Assembly (NCBI GenBank): GCA_002104905.1
Contig: MCFE01000020.1
Coordinates: forward strand, 1 to 64,000
Length of the DNA: 64,000 bases
Direction of reading: 5' to 3'
Origin: Basidiobolus meristosporus CBS 931.73
Taxonomy: Eukaryota > Fungi > Basidiobolomycota
A model generated the notes under the pieces. The model saw nothing but the letters and a program-made list of their open reading frames with translations. It did not search any database and was not told the DNA's origin. A program made the translations under genes and the position numbers. Positions 44,215 through 55,078 of the stretch are shown here, in pieces. Numbering within the stretch: position 1 is the first letter of the stretch; each line of letters begins with the position of its first letter.

Positions 44215-46278
44215 ATGTCGAAACATTCACCACATCTACCTTTTGATTTACCGCCTCGCCCAAGCTCCTCCAGTAGTACCCGTTGTACCCCCATCGTTAG
44301 TGTTAGCCCTATAATAGCTTCAGTCAAAACAATCAAGATGCACTCGCAAACCACCCTAACCACCTCTGCTGACACGGATCACTCCCCTTCCTCGCCACCA
44401 CCATTACCTTCGCGAACGCAAACCGCTTCAGAACAGGCCCTAGACGAAGCCGGCTCAGCCGCATTTAGCAAAATCCAGACCATAGCACGGGAACAACGGA
44501 GCAAATTGGTGGAAATCAATTTAACCCAACGAACCTCGGCCATGGCAACTGTGGCCAGAACAAAGGGGTTCGAAATCAAAGACAGGGCCTACGAAAAGGG
44601 TACAGAGTGGACCAAACTCGGCAGAGATGCTTATGAGAAATGGAAAACCCGCCACTCCCAAGGTATACGGTCAGATAACTACTGGTTGTTGCTGCAGTCA
44701 AGTTGAACCTGTTAGGCCTTGACTCTCCTCAAGTGAGGTGAAGCACAACCCTTTTCAGTGGTCGTCAAGTATTGATAATTTTTATTTTAGAGGAACTCCG
44801 TAGCGGAGTCGCTGGCAGACGTTTAAGTGAAGGCCCGATCTTTGGCCAACCTCTCGAGATCGCAGTTCAACGGTCGAGGATAGATGAGCAGTGCCCAGTT
44901 CCTGCAGTCGTTATCAGGTGTATCGAGTATCTCGATTGCAATGGTTAGAAGTGATAGTGATATGACCCTGGATAAGAGCTATTCTAATTATCCACTCGTC
45001 GTAGGTCTGAACGAAGTAGGATTGTACAGAGTCCCAGGGAGCACTAAAGACGTTACACGACTCAAAGCCATCTTTGACGAAGGTATATTCCATCCAAAAT
45101 CCCAACTCAAACTGCGATGCTGACTGACTTCCCAGGCAATGATATGGACTTGTTGGATAGTGATGAAAACCCCAACGCTGCAGCGACACTATTGAAGATG
45201 TACCTCCGCGAGTGTAAGTAGATTCTGAGCTTACAGCCCCACTGTGATAGATTACAGCTAACATTAGGCCATACTGCTCGCTAGTACCCGATCCCATTAT
45301 CACCCAAGGTCTCCTTCCCAACTTCAACGCATGCCTACCTCAAACTGCCGGTCTTTCTCACGAAGAACGACTAAAGCTGATGGAGAATGTACCGGCAAAG
45401 CTGGCCCGTGTGGCAGAGCAGCTACCAGAAGCAAATTACCATCTACTACATTGGCTGATGTCCCATCTAGCTCGACTGGATTTCTACAACACACAGAACA
45501 AAATGACGGTATCCAATCTTGGATTAATCTTTTGTCCAACCTTGTTGATCAGCTCAGTGTTGTTCACCGCATTTGTAAACCACGTCGGCACCATTTTTCC
45601 ACTTCCTCGAAAGTCCACCCCACAAGCTTCCAGCAGCCCGGCATCAGTGACGCAGAGTTCCCAACAGACCATCTCCAGCGAAGGTATGAGTAAATTGAAT
45701 GAGCCGGTATCTGTCGTTCAGATGACTAACTATGTGTTTGCTTTCATCAAGCAACGCCTAACAAGCATCCGACTACTAGCGGCGAAGTCCAGCCAGCAAA
45801 CTCAAAGACATCGGATGGAGACTCAAATTCATTTGTCTCTCCTAGACCCGACAGCACATCTACTGAGAACCTAATCGATCTATACGCCACAAGAGGTACA
45901 ACATCCGACGAATCACCATTCAGTCATGGGCAGGACGTCGAGCCCAATCCTGCCCCTGCCAACAAGCCTGCCGTTAGCCGAACCCCCACCTCAGGATCGA
46001 ATGGGAAAGGGGATTCCGGATTAATAGGCATCGATATTGATGGCAGTGGGTTACACATGGGGGTACTGAATCTCAACATCCGACGTTCGCCTGCTGTTCG
46101 AGGCGGGACTCTCGCGCCCGTACCCAATTCCAATATACCAAGCGTGGCCGATCCTTCCCCAAACCCCACTGTCCAAAGTCCTGCTCTGCCCTCAAGGCCA
46201 GCTCGCTTAACTCGAAAGCTGACCCCCAGAACAACCACGCAGTATGTGAAAGATATATTGGAAATGGTGGACCACTGA
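44215..46278 (+). CDS. RhoGAP-domain protein
   Basis: PIFGQPLE...VPAVVIRCIEYL, GLNEVGLYRVPGS (arginine finger), LPEANYHLLHWLMSHL and NKMTVSNLGLIFCPTL. The C-terminus may extend to 46429 through one more intron. Confidence 0.88.
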
Positions 46279-46545
46279 TTTCCAACCATCTTTGCCTCAG
46301 TCACCCTGTAATTGTGCGCCCTCTGTCTCTCTCAGTATCTACCCGACCCCATCCTCATCCCCATCCCAACACTACCACCCGTATTCACAGCCCCACCCCC
46401 AACATCCCTGTACTGAACATGAGTTTTGAAATGAACACTGATCATACTCATTGGACTTTCATATTTATATGGAAATTACGAAAATAGTCGTAGGAATAAC
46501 ATGAGTGAGGAAGAGAGGACATGTGGCAATGTATATAGGAAAAAA

Positions 46546-46574
46546 GAAGGGAAAGGAAGGGAAGGGAAGGGAAG
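46546..46574 (+). repeat. (GAAGG)n microsatellite, about 6 units, between the RhoGAP and eIF4G 3' ends
   Basis: GAAGG GAAAG GAAGG GAAGG GAAGG GAAG. Confidence 0.7.
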
Positions 46575-46794
46575 TATAATAAACAAAATAATCACATCTG
46601 GCGAGAGGTAGACGAGGGAAGCGAGGGAGTGTTGTGGGGAAGAGACGAGTAGTGGTCATATGGGGTTTATTAGCAATCGATATTCGATACGATGGAAAAT
46701 GTCGAGATATGGCGGATTGGCTTGTTTTACGAGGGGGGTTTTCTGGAGATTGCGGTGGCGGTGGCGGTTGCGGTTTCTGGTAGACTGGGGGATT

Positions 46795-49700
46795 TTAATT
46801 CGTCTTCACCAAGAACTCCAATTCGTTCTTCTTCAGGAACTCCTCTATTTTCTCGTCAGATTGATGCGCCTTGGGCAACACCTTGCTCCATTCCAATCCA
46901 GACTTCTGGAATTTTTCGGTCAATGCGTCGGCTCCAATGTCGGAGGAAAGGCGCTTGAGATATTCACCAAGCACCTTGTTCGAAGGTGGGTTGATACCGG
47001 GGGAAGGTAGAAGAAGCTCGAGAATCTTGGGGAGATCCTCCATTTCGATGGGTGTTCCGGCCATCATGGCTCCCATATGGCTGTAGGCTTGTGGAACATC
47101 GATGGCAATGTCCTCCAAGAACTCCATAACCTCGACGATACCAGCAACATATGATTCACGGCTGATTACCTCTTCAGAAGATAACTTCTTGAACAGCTTG
47201 ATAACTGCATCAATATCCTTCTGCTTCTTGTCCAGAGCTTCGTTAATAAACTCGGACACAACCAAGGAATGGAACTCGTCAGAGCCAAGCTCCTTGATAC
47301 AAGTGATGACCTCGGGAACGTCTTGGACGGACAAGTACTCCTCGACCATAGCCTTGACCTTGGGCTCGGCTTGCTCCTTAGTGAGCTTGGCTTCCTCGGC
47401 CTTGGTCTCTTCAGGAACAGGTACGCTTCTAGGGCGAAGGTTCAAGGGTTTACGCTCAAACGGCTTGTCCTCCTTACGTGGGCTCTCAGAAGACATGAGG
47501 GCACTGAACATGTTGCCAGAAGGTGGCTTGGGCTTGGGCTCTTCCTTACCCTTTGCTTCGGATGATTTCCATCCCTTGCTGCCACCGCCTAGAGCACCGA
47601 AAACACCTCCACCAGGGCCAAGACTGACATTAGCACCGCTCTTGCTACGAGTCAAGTTGCCAAAGGCAGTCAGATCCCCCGTCTTGCGAGAAGAAGGAGC
47701 GTTTCCAACAGTGTTCCAACCATCCGGACCTTGGCCAGGAGGTCCACGTCTCTCACGGCGCTCGGAATTGGCGCGGGAAAGCTGTTGGTTGATGGGAGGC
47801 AATCTGCCGCCGGAGCTGGCAGTCTTCTTGAGCATCTCTGCGTTCTCCTCCTTCTGCTTCTGAGCATCTTGGTGAATTTGAGAGATGGTCTTGGGACCAG
47901 CAACCTCACGACGGGGAACCCACTTGTTGGAACGTAGATCAATCACATCCAACAACATGAAGCGAATTCTGCTGTTCAACTTCTTGTTGACGGACATCTC
48001 CTTCATGCGTTGGAAGTAAGCGTCCATGTAATTCTTCGCCTCCTTGCGGTCAAGTTGCTTGCCTACAGTAGTCATCAGCTTGCACAAACTTTCGGTTTCT
48101 TCCTCCTCGGGGGTTTGGACATTGCTCAACAGTCTCTTGATGCATTCGTGCATGATGCGTTCGGTCAACATTTGCAATTTGAAGAGCTCACCAATGAATG
48201 CCATCAAACCAAGACCTCTACGCTTAGCCTTAGCGGCGATGTAGTACTCATCAGTCAAGAGAGCATTGGGGTTATCCAAAGAGGAACCGTCAGGGAGATT
48301 GACCTTCCAACCCTTTTCGAACTCTTCTTGGCATCTGCTAAGAAGATATTTACGGAAGAGGGCGCCACCAGCGACAGGCTTGTTGTCCTTGCCTCTGATA
48401 CCCTCATCCATAACATCGGGGCTGATCTTGTCCATCATCTTTCTGCAAAGAGATGCGTAGACCATAATGAAGTTGGGCTCATCGGTAGCCTTTTCGAAGA
48501 TCAGCTGGATAATGGTTTGAAGAGAAGAGCCATTCTTCTCCTCGATCGATTTGTCACCAAGCTCGATGATCTTATCGGAAATAGACTCGAACTTTTCAAG
48601 GGTCAACTTGTTCAAAAGACCATTAACCTTGCGGCAAAGGACTTCCTTAGCATCCTTCTCCTCTTCAGCATTGTTTTTGGTAGGAACCCAACGTTCTTTG
48701 GAGAATGCAAGAGGAACAACCTCGTCAAGAGGGATGGTTGGTCCACCTTGTTGTTGGCGTTCACCCTTACCCTTGTGGCGGCCGGAGCGAGAACCGCGGC
48801 CCTCACGGCTGCCCATACCAGGCATGTTGTTGCTACCGCTAGCAGATCTACCACCCATGGAGCCACGGTTGAATCCACGACCTCCAGCACCTTGGGAAGC
48901 AGCAAACCTTTCTTCGCTGGTCTTAGGAGTATGCTTAAAGGATCCCATATCTCCTGGGAATGGAGAACCCTTAGGTCCTCCTCCACCACGTCCCCCACGT
49001 CTGCCGCCGCTGCTAGCAGAACGCTTGTCATCACGAGCATTCTCCTCAATACCGAGTGATTCAAGAGTAGGCATGTTGTTGGGTCTATCTTTGCAGACAT
49101 CCTTGAATTGCAACAAGAAGGAGGCATCGTACTTGAGAGTACCTGATTCTACCAAGCTCTTGGGTGCAGTGATATTAGGAGGATAAGTGACTTGGTTAAG
49201 TTGCTCTGGATTGAGAGTACTGGCATTATTAATAACAGGGTCAGCAGGCTTCTCTTCTTTCTTTTCAGACTTGGCTTCAGGCTGGGCAGTAGCATCTGGT
49301 TTGTCCTCTTTGGGAGCTTCTGCCTTAGCCTCGGAAGTTTCAATTGGCTTGGGCTCTTCCTTTGCTTCAGCTTCAGGAACCACGGCCTCCTTCTTCTCCT
49401 CAACCGATTCAGGCTCCTCAGTGATTTCCTGAGTGCCAGTAGTAGTATCAGGTACTTGGGCCTCTTCCTCCTTGGCCGCCTCCGGAACACTTTCTTCCTC
49501 GACTTGAGGTGTCTCATCGCTCACAGCCTCCTTTACCTCAGAGACTTCAGGAGTGGGCTCTGCTTTCTCTTGGGGAACCTCCGCGGCAGACTCATCCTTC
49601 TTATCACTTTCCTGAACATCAACTACAGGCTCAACCTCCTTCTCAGCAACGGGAACAATGGCTTCATTTTCGTTGGTCTCCACCTTTTCTTCAACCGAAA

Positions 49701-51090
49701 CTGGCTCCTCAGGCTTAACCTCTGATACAGGAACAGCAACTGATTCTTCAACCTTCTTGGGGGCTTCAACCTCAGCTTTGACGTCTGTCTCGGGAGCTTT
49801 AGGGGTCTCCGCTTGTTGTTTGGCGGCGGGGTTGACAATAGGGATTGCCTTAGATTGAGTGCTCTGTGGAACAGTGAATGTTTCTTTGGTATCAGCTGCT
49901 TCATCCTCCTGGTCCTTCTTTTCTTCGGGTTTTCCGATCTGAGCCTTGGGCTTGGAGGTGGCGGGAGAAGTGGCTGGAGCCTCTTTATTGCTAACAGGAG
50001 GAGAACCCTTGAGGTCAACAACACCACCAGTCTTGGGATTGACGATTCTGATGGCCCTGTTAGATTGAGGTGGAACAAAGGTGGGAGCACCAGTGTTCAA
50101 GCGAGGCTGGACACCTGGAGGCATAACGGGAACAGGGTATGGAACAGAGTACACGGGACGGTAGAATCCTTGTTGACCGCTAGGATCAAATGGTGGTTGA
50201 TATCCAGGATATTGGTATGGGTACTGAGCCATAGAAGGAGACATGGGAGGCTGGATAGGGCTGTGCATGGGCTTATCTCTGGCTCTCTGTTGAGGAGAAA
50301 AAGCAGCAGGTATAACAGGGCTAGTGGCCATACCAGGAGATCCGGGAACTGCGTTCACAGTCATTGGAGACTTGGGATAGTGATGGGGGCGAATATGAGG
50401 CTGATTGGAGGGATGAGGTTGGTGACCTTGACGAGGGGAGTATTGATGGGGTTGAATAGGATGAGGCGCATGGTGGGCACTGGGAGATTGAGCTGGACGA
50501 GGACGAGGAGAAGGCTGTGTCAACTTGGGTGGCTCAACATTAGTGGTTGGGGTAGGTCTGGGTTGAGAAGACGCTTCAGCCTGAGGCTTGCGCGCTGGTG
50601 CATTACCAGCGTTTTTGGCATTGGAAGAACCAAAGACAGGCTTAGCAGCTTTGTTACCAGCAGCAGGTTGTTCCTGTTGTGGGGTAGCAGCTTCCTTCTC
50701 GGGTACCTTGGTAGAATCAAGAGACTCCTTGGCTGATTCTGTAGAAGCATTGGCAGGTGCAGCTTGGTTAATGGAACCAAACTGGATTGCAGGTGCACTC
50801 CCAGTAGATGGCTGACGAGCAGGAAATTGCACTCCTGATCCTTTAGAGGCAGAGATGACTGGCTTCTTTACCCAAGCATTAGGCACAGGTGCAGATTGAG
50901 CGCCACTTCCATTAGATTGAACTGCCTGCTGCTGTTTAGGTTGGGAATTGGGTTTTTCCGATTTGGGTTGGGGGGCTTTAGCAGATTGTGGTTGGGAAGA
51001 TGGAGTAGAAACAGGGTTCTTAGCTTTCTGTGCTAGTTGAGCGTAAGTAAACTGTGGTGTGGTTTTGTTGGAGCTGGGTTTGGGATTCAT
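46795..51090 (-). CDS. TIF4631: Translation initiation factor eIF4G (eIF4E-binding motif, MIF4G, MA3)
   Basis: 1431-aa intronless ORF with KYDASFLLQF (YxxxxLphi), KVNGLLNKLT..FE and FIGELFKLQMLTERIMHECIKRLL, plus a C-terminal MA3-like region. Confidence 0.97.
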   Translation of the reverse strand: MNPKPSSNKTTPQFTYAQLAQKAKNPVSTPSSQPQSAKAPQPKSEKPNSQPKQQQAVQSNGSGAQSAPVPNAWVKKPVISASKGSGVQFPARQPSTGSAPAIQFGSINQAAPANASTESAKESLDSTKVPEKEAATPQQEQPAAGNKAAKPVFGSSNAKNAGNAPARKPQAEASSQPRPTPTTNVEPPKLTQPSPRPRPAQSPSAHHAPHPIQPHQYSPRQGHQPHPSNQPHIRPHHYPKSPMTVNAVPGSPGMATSPVIPAAFSPQQRARDKPMHSPIQPPMSPSMAQYPYQYPGYQPPFDPSGQQGFYRPVYSVPYPVPVMPPGVQPRLNTGAPTFVPPQSNRAIRIVNPKTGGVVDLKGSPPVSNKEAPATSPATSKPKAQIGKPEEKKDQEDEAADTKETFTVPQSTQSKAIPIVNPAAKQQAETPKAPETDVKAEVEAPKKVEESVAVPVSEVKPEEPVSVEEKVETNENEAIVPVAEKEVEPVVDVQESDKKDESAAEVPQEKAEPTPEVSEVKEAVSDETPQVEEESVPEAAKEEEAQVPDTTTGTQEITEEPESVEEKKEAVVPEAEAKEEPKPIETSEAKAEAPKEDKPDATAQPEAKSEKKEEKPADPVINNASTLNPEQLNQVTYPPNITAPKSLVESGTLKYDASFLLQFKDVCKDRPNNMPTLESLGIEENARDDKRSASSGGRRGGRGGGGPKGSPFPGDMGSFKHTPKTSEERFAASQGAGGRGFNRGSMGGRSASGSNNMPGMGSREGRGSRSGRHKGKGERQQQGGPTIPLDEVVPLAFSKERWVPTKNNAEEEKDAKEVLCRKVNGLLNKLTLEKFESISDKIIELGDKSIEEKNGSSLQTIIQLIFEKATDEPNFIMVYASLCRKMMDKISPDVMDEGIRGKDNKPVAGGALFRKYLLSRCQEEFEKGWKVNLPDGSSLDNPNALLTDEYYIAAKAKRRGLGLMAFIGELFKLQMLTERIMHECIKRLLSNVQTPEEEETESLCKLMTTVGKQLDRKEAKNYMDAYFQRMKEMSVNKKLNSRIRFMLLDVIDLRSNKWVPRREVAGPKTISQIHQDAQKQKEENAEMLKKTASSGGRLPPINQQLSRANSERRERRGPPGQGPDGWNTVGNAPSSRKTGDLTAFGNLTRSKSGANVSLGPGGGVFGALGGGSKGWKSSEAKGKEEPKPKPPSGNMFSALMSSESPRKEDKPFERKPLNLRPRSVPVPEETKAEEAKLTKEQAEPKVKAMVEEYLSVQDVPEVITCIKELGSDEFHSLVVSEFINEALDKKQKDIDAVIKLFKKLSSEEVISRESYVAGIVEVMEFLEDIAIDVPQAYSHMGAMMAGTPIEMEDLPKILELLLPSPGINPPSNKVLGEYLKRLSSDIGADALTEKFQKSGLEWSKVLPKAHQSDEKIEEFLKKNELEFLVKTN

Positions 51091-51553
51091 AACTTGAACG
51101 TGTGAAGTAAATTACAAAAAAGAAAAAGAAAAAAAGAAAAGGGAATCTGGGACTAAACGGTATGGAAGGAAACCGTTAAAGAGAATATCGTAAGGATGGA
51201 TACCAAACGAAGGGAAAAGTCGACGCTTTCTTAACGATCGAGGTTTTATAGATGGATGGTTTCGCAGCTAACTGGATAAATAATCCTTGCGAATACCAAT
51301 AGTTTTCTTTAGAGGTGGAAAACTAAAAGAGTGTCAACACGTAGTGATGCTCTTAAGGGGGTAGAAGATCACCAAAACTGCGGGCACTTCTCGGAGTGAT
51401 CGCTTCATTTTTTTTATTTTCGTAATGTAAGAATTTTTTTTCTAACCAAGATAAATATGTTATCCATCTCACTTAAGCCTCTGTATAAATAAATGGTTTT
51501 TTTTCTTCCCATAAATGGAAGCCCTTCAATTGACCAAGTGCTACGCATGGTTG

Positions 51554-51702
51554 GCAACAGATAGCTCTTGACTTGCGGAGGCAACGCAAGTAGGGGCAGT
51601 GCTCAAACTAGCTGCGCCCTGTTGCACTTGATAACCCATGCTCTGGTGGCAGCTATCAGGTGCGTCATCGTCCGTGATCAGAAAAGGGGATGATTTTGAC
51701 GC
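51554..51702. ncRNA. Candidate structured RNA element (four or five adjacent helices), family unknown
   Basis: Pairings: GCAACA/TGTTGC, ACTTGCG/CGCAAGT, GGGGCAG/CTGCgCCC, ACTTGATA/TATCAGGT and GCGTCATCGTCC/GGATGAtttTGACGC. Confidence 0.25.
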
Positions 51703-52029
51703 TTAGGAATTGGCGATGGCTGCGTTGTTATAACAGCGCTCTCTGACCAATAACCCCCAAGATGCTCTGCTGGGGCAAATTTTTCATTTCAGGTTTATTG
51801 TATCAAAGATCCGATTTGACCTGTAGGATGTTGTAGGGTGTTGCAGTGCGGTGATTACTAATGGGCGTATTATCCATGATGCTAGCTCAACCCACCCCAT
51901 GACTAGCTTTGCGATCCATTGCAATTGACGTACGAATATTCAGCACAAAGCAGAGGGATGGTGGGAACAAAGGGGTGATGTGGATGGAGTGGTATGAAGG
52001 ATCTTTTGATGTGAGCTCTGCCATTCGAT

Positions 52030-53960
52030 TTAAACAAAGCACCATACTTCTAGACGGTCGCTCAGCCCCGAGTCTGCGTCATCATCAAGAAGGCCGCGGG
52101 CAAGGTCCAGATCGTCTTGATCAGTAATTAAGACCAATTCATCATCCTCATCTCGGTACTTCAGCTTTACCGAGCCATCGATCCCAAATTTCTCTTTGAT
52201 ACGATTGAGCAGCCCATCGAATGTGACATTGTAGTCCACCAGAATAACCCGGGTATCGGTGTGATGGCACTTCACCTTGAGCTACATACATTGTTAGTTT
52301 CCAACACGGCGATGGTAGATTACTATTCGACTTACTTTGCCCTTGGGAACTCTGACCGATCTGGTGGAACTGAAGAGTGAGATGGCGTCTTCAGCGGAGC
52401 CTAAGCTTGAGGTGGGTGAGGTGCTGAGCGGAGATAGGGCAGGAATGTCCCCCTTCTCATATCCATTCAGAGGATTACTCGGTGCATGTGTAGCCAGGGG
52501 TGAATGGGCTCTGGGCATCGATGCTAGGGCTGCATTGATGTCCAGTTTGGGCACTTCATGGTCATTTCCAAACTTGCCGTATCCAGCAGCGGTGTTGTGG
52601 CGGACCAAGTTAGGTTTGGCACGGAATCTCTCCGCAGCTCTAGAGTTGGTACGACGTAACGAGTCTCCAAGAGTGGCACGGCGAACAAGTGATGGTTTAG
52701 GAACAAGGTTCGAAACGTTGTTAGCTGGATGATTGGCGGGGAGAATCATGTCTGGGATATAGTTGCTGTCGGTCTCCTCATTGGCAGCAAGTGCAGCCCT
52801 GGTGAACTGGTTGTTAGCATATGGATTGGATTTAAACTCCCGCAAGGTAATTGCTTCCGCCATGGGCTTTCCGAAGCCTGACTTTACGGAGGGAACTGGG
52901 CTTGTGGTAGCCATGTGAGTTGCCTGCAAGTTAAAGACCATGGTTAGATTCATGATCACCTCAATTCCACTTTTGGATACTACCTTACGAACAAGCGCAC
53001 CCTTAAAACCGGTGAAAGTGTCCTTGTCATCTGCAGCTGCAATCAGCTTCGAGTTGCCAAGATAGTCGACTTTCTTCGAATTCTTGATCTTACTCTCACA
53101 GGGTCGGTACAGAACCCCACGGGGAATGCTGAAGAAGGGACAGTCCTTGAAAATAGCCGCCACCAAGGTTAATATTGGAGAACGCTGAGGCATTTTTCAA
53201 GGCATTACCTGCGCTTTGTTATCTATTGCTCTATCGATGATGCTGTGCTTTGATGTTTGTTTCTCCTTTTGTGCAGCCAGCAGATCATTCATTCCCAGAG
53301 CATCCTCTCCCAAATAGAAATAGCATAAGGCTCGATTGAACAATACTTCGCATGAAAACAATTTGAATTCGAGGCCCAGTTGTGCGTAGTCGATGTATAG
53401 GTTACCACGAAGATACTGCAGTCAACTTTGTGGTTATTTTTGGCTGCATCTTAGATAGCACAGAGTTGCAGAACTACATACCAACAAGGCATCGTTAAAA
53501 TCTTCAAACGCTGCCTCGAAATCTTTAAGAATCATATTGGAAACACCCTTTTGAAAATAGGCAACGGCAAAATATTGATCTTGTTGTAAGGCCGATGTGT
53601 AAGCCCGCACCTGTTGACAATGAGGATGAGAGACGGTTGTGGCAATAAAGGCAACCTGTTGATGCTTACAGCAGACTCGTGTTCGTTTAGGGTGCTTAAG
53701 ATGACACCGATATTGAAGAAAATCTTTGCAGACTCGCCAACGCTCTGGGTGGAACGGGTCAGTACGGAGGCATAGAAGCTAGAACGCCAACACTAAGTCT
53801 GCTTTACCTCAAACAGCTCAAGAGACGTTTCGTATTTCTTCTCGTCAAATGCTCTGGCAGCTAATTGCCATTGTTCGAGCTCCAACTGCCAAACAATAGC
53901 AGATTAGTTCTCTTCCTAGCACAGGGTATGCCACATACAACCAACCTTCATTAACGACAT
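52030..53960 (-). CDS. noxR: NADPH oxidase regulator NoxR (p67phox-like; TPR repeats plus C-terminal PB1)
   Basis: Spliced MSLMKLELEQWQLA...KIFFNIGVI...DQYFAVAYFQKGVSN...LRGNLYIDYAQLGLEFKLFSCEVLFNRAL; PB1 region VKLKYRDEDDELVLITDQDDL. Confidence 0.92.
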
Positions 53961-55078
53961 GGGAATAATATATTAGGTATAATAAAGTTCTATAAAGTAT
54001 GGATAAAATACAGTCTCAAAACGATGCGCGAGCAAAATGGTAAAGGAGAAAATCGGTAGCAATGGGGGAGTTCCAGAGGTTAAAAGGTGAGTAAAGCTCA
54101 AGCAACTCTTGGTCAATCGACGAGTGGATTAATCCTTCAATATAGATTAGGAAATGGCAAGTAAGGGAGGAGTGGAGAATTTATTTCTTATTAGAAGGAA
54201 CCTGCAAATTCTCTAAATGCGTGGCGGAAATCATATCCCGATCTATATATTATCAATTAAAATGGCCACCAAATTAGTTGGATATCCAGGCTTCTGTGCC
54301 TCATTAGGTTTCAATAGATCTCGGCTGTGCAACTCCGAATATTAAATAAACTATGGATTGGTGCTAAATCGAAGGGCATGATGTATTGGATCTGGCGGAT
54401 CCGGCCATGGCAATACCATTGGACACACACCTGTCCATCTAAAGTCACAAATCTCCTTTGCGCTAACAATAAGGAAATAATGCCTTAGGCGATATTTGGT
54501 GGGATTTATTGAATGCAGAAAACGTCACAATGTAAAATAGGACCTGCATCCGAGCTTGGCTTATGGCTTTTAGGTGTAACGTGTGATAGAATGGTGTGTG
54601 GAAGGGGAGTTTGGCTAGTGTTTTTGCCTAGTGCTTTAAAGCACTTCACGGCGTCACATGGATTCGCTATTCGAAAAAAGGGTTAGAACGTTGCTGTAAA
54701 TTAATCCAAAACCAAATAGGTTTCGCTTCGGCGCATATAAAACGTCTCCCCATATATTAATGTTAGACAACTAAGTGCTTCAATATCAGCCCTTAGTTGT
54801 ACACACCTCCTTTGATAAGGTTTCAATCAAGACGATGTGTCGATAAGTACTATGGGATACTTGGTTGGTTACTCGGAGTTTATTGGGTGTTCCGTATTTT
54901 TACGCGCTAAACCAGCCTACTGTATGATCAGTCGGTTATTTATAGCTCGCATGGGAAGAATAGCCAATACTGAGGGTCAATCAAGTTTACTGCAGAACTT
55001 AGTTCCTGCGCGCATAAACTAAGGTTTATTAATAGGCTTTTGTAAATCACAAGGGCATGATGAACACATGCTCGATAA

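Noticed and set aside
51620-51682. U1-like motifs TTGCACT and GATCACG in the structured region
   Set aside because: They lie on opposite strands, and there is no ATACTTACCTG 5' end or canonical Sm site.
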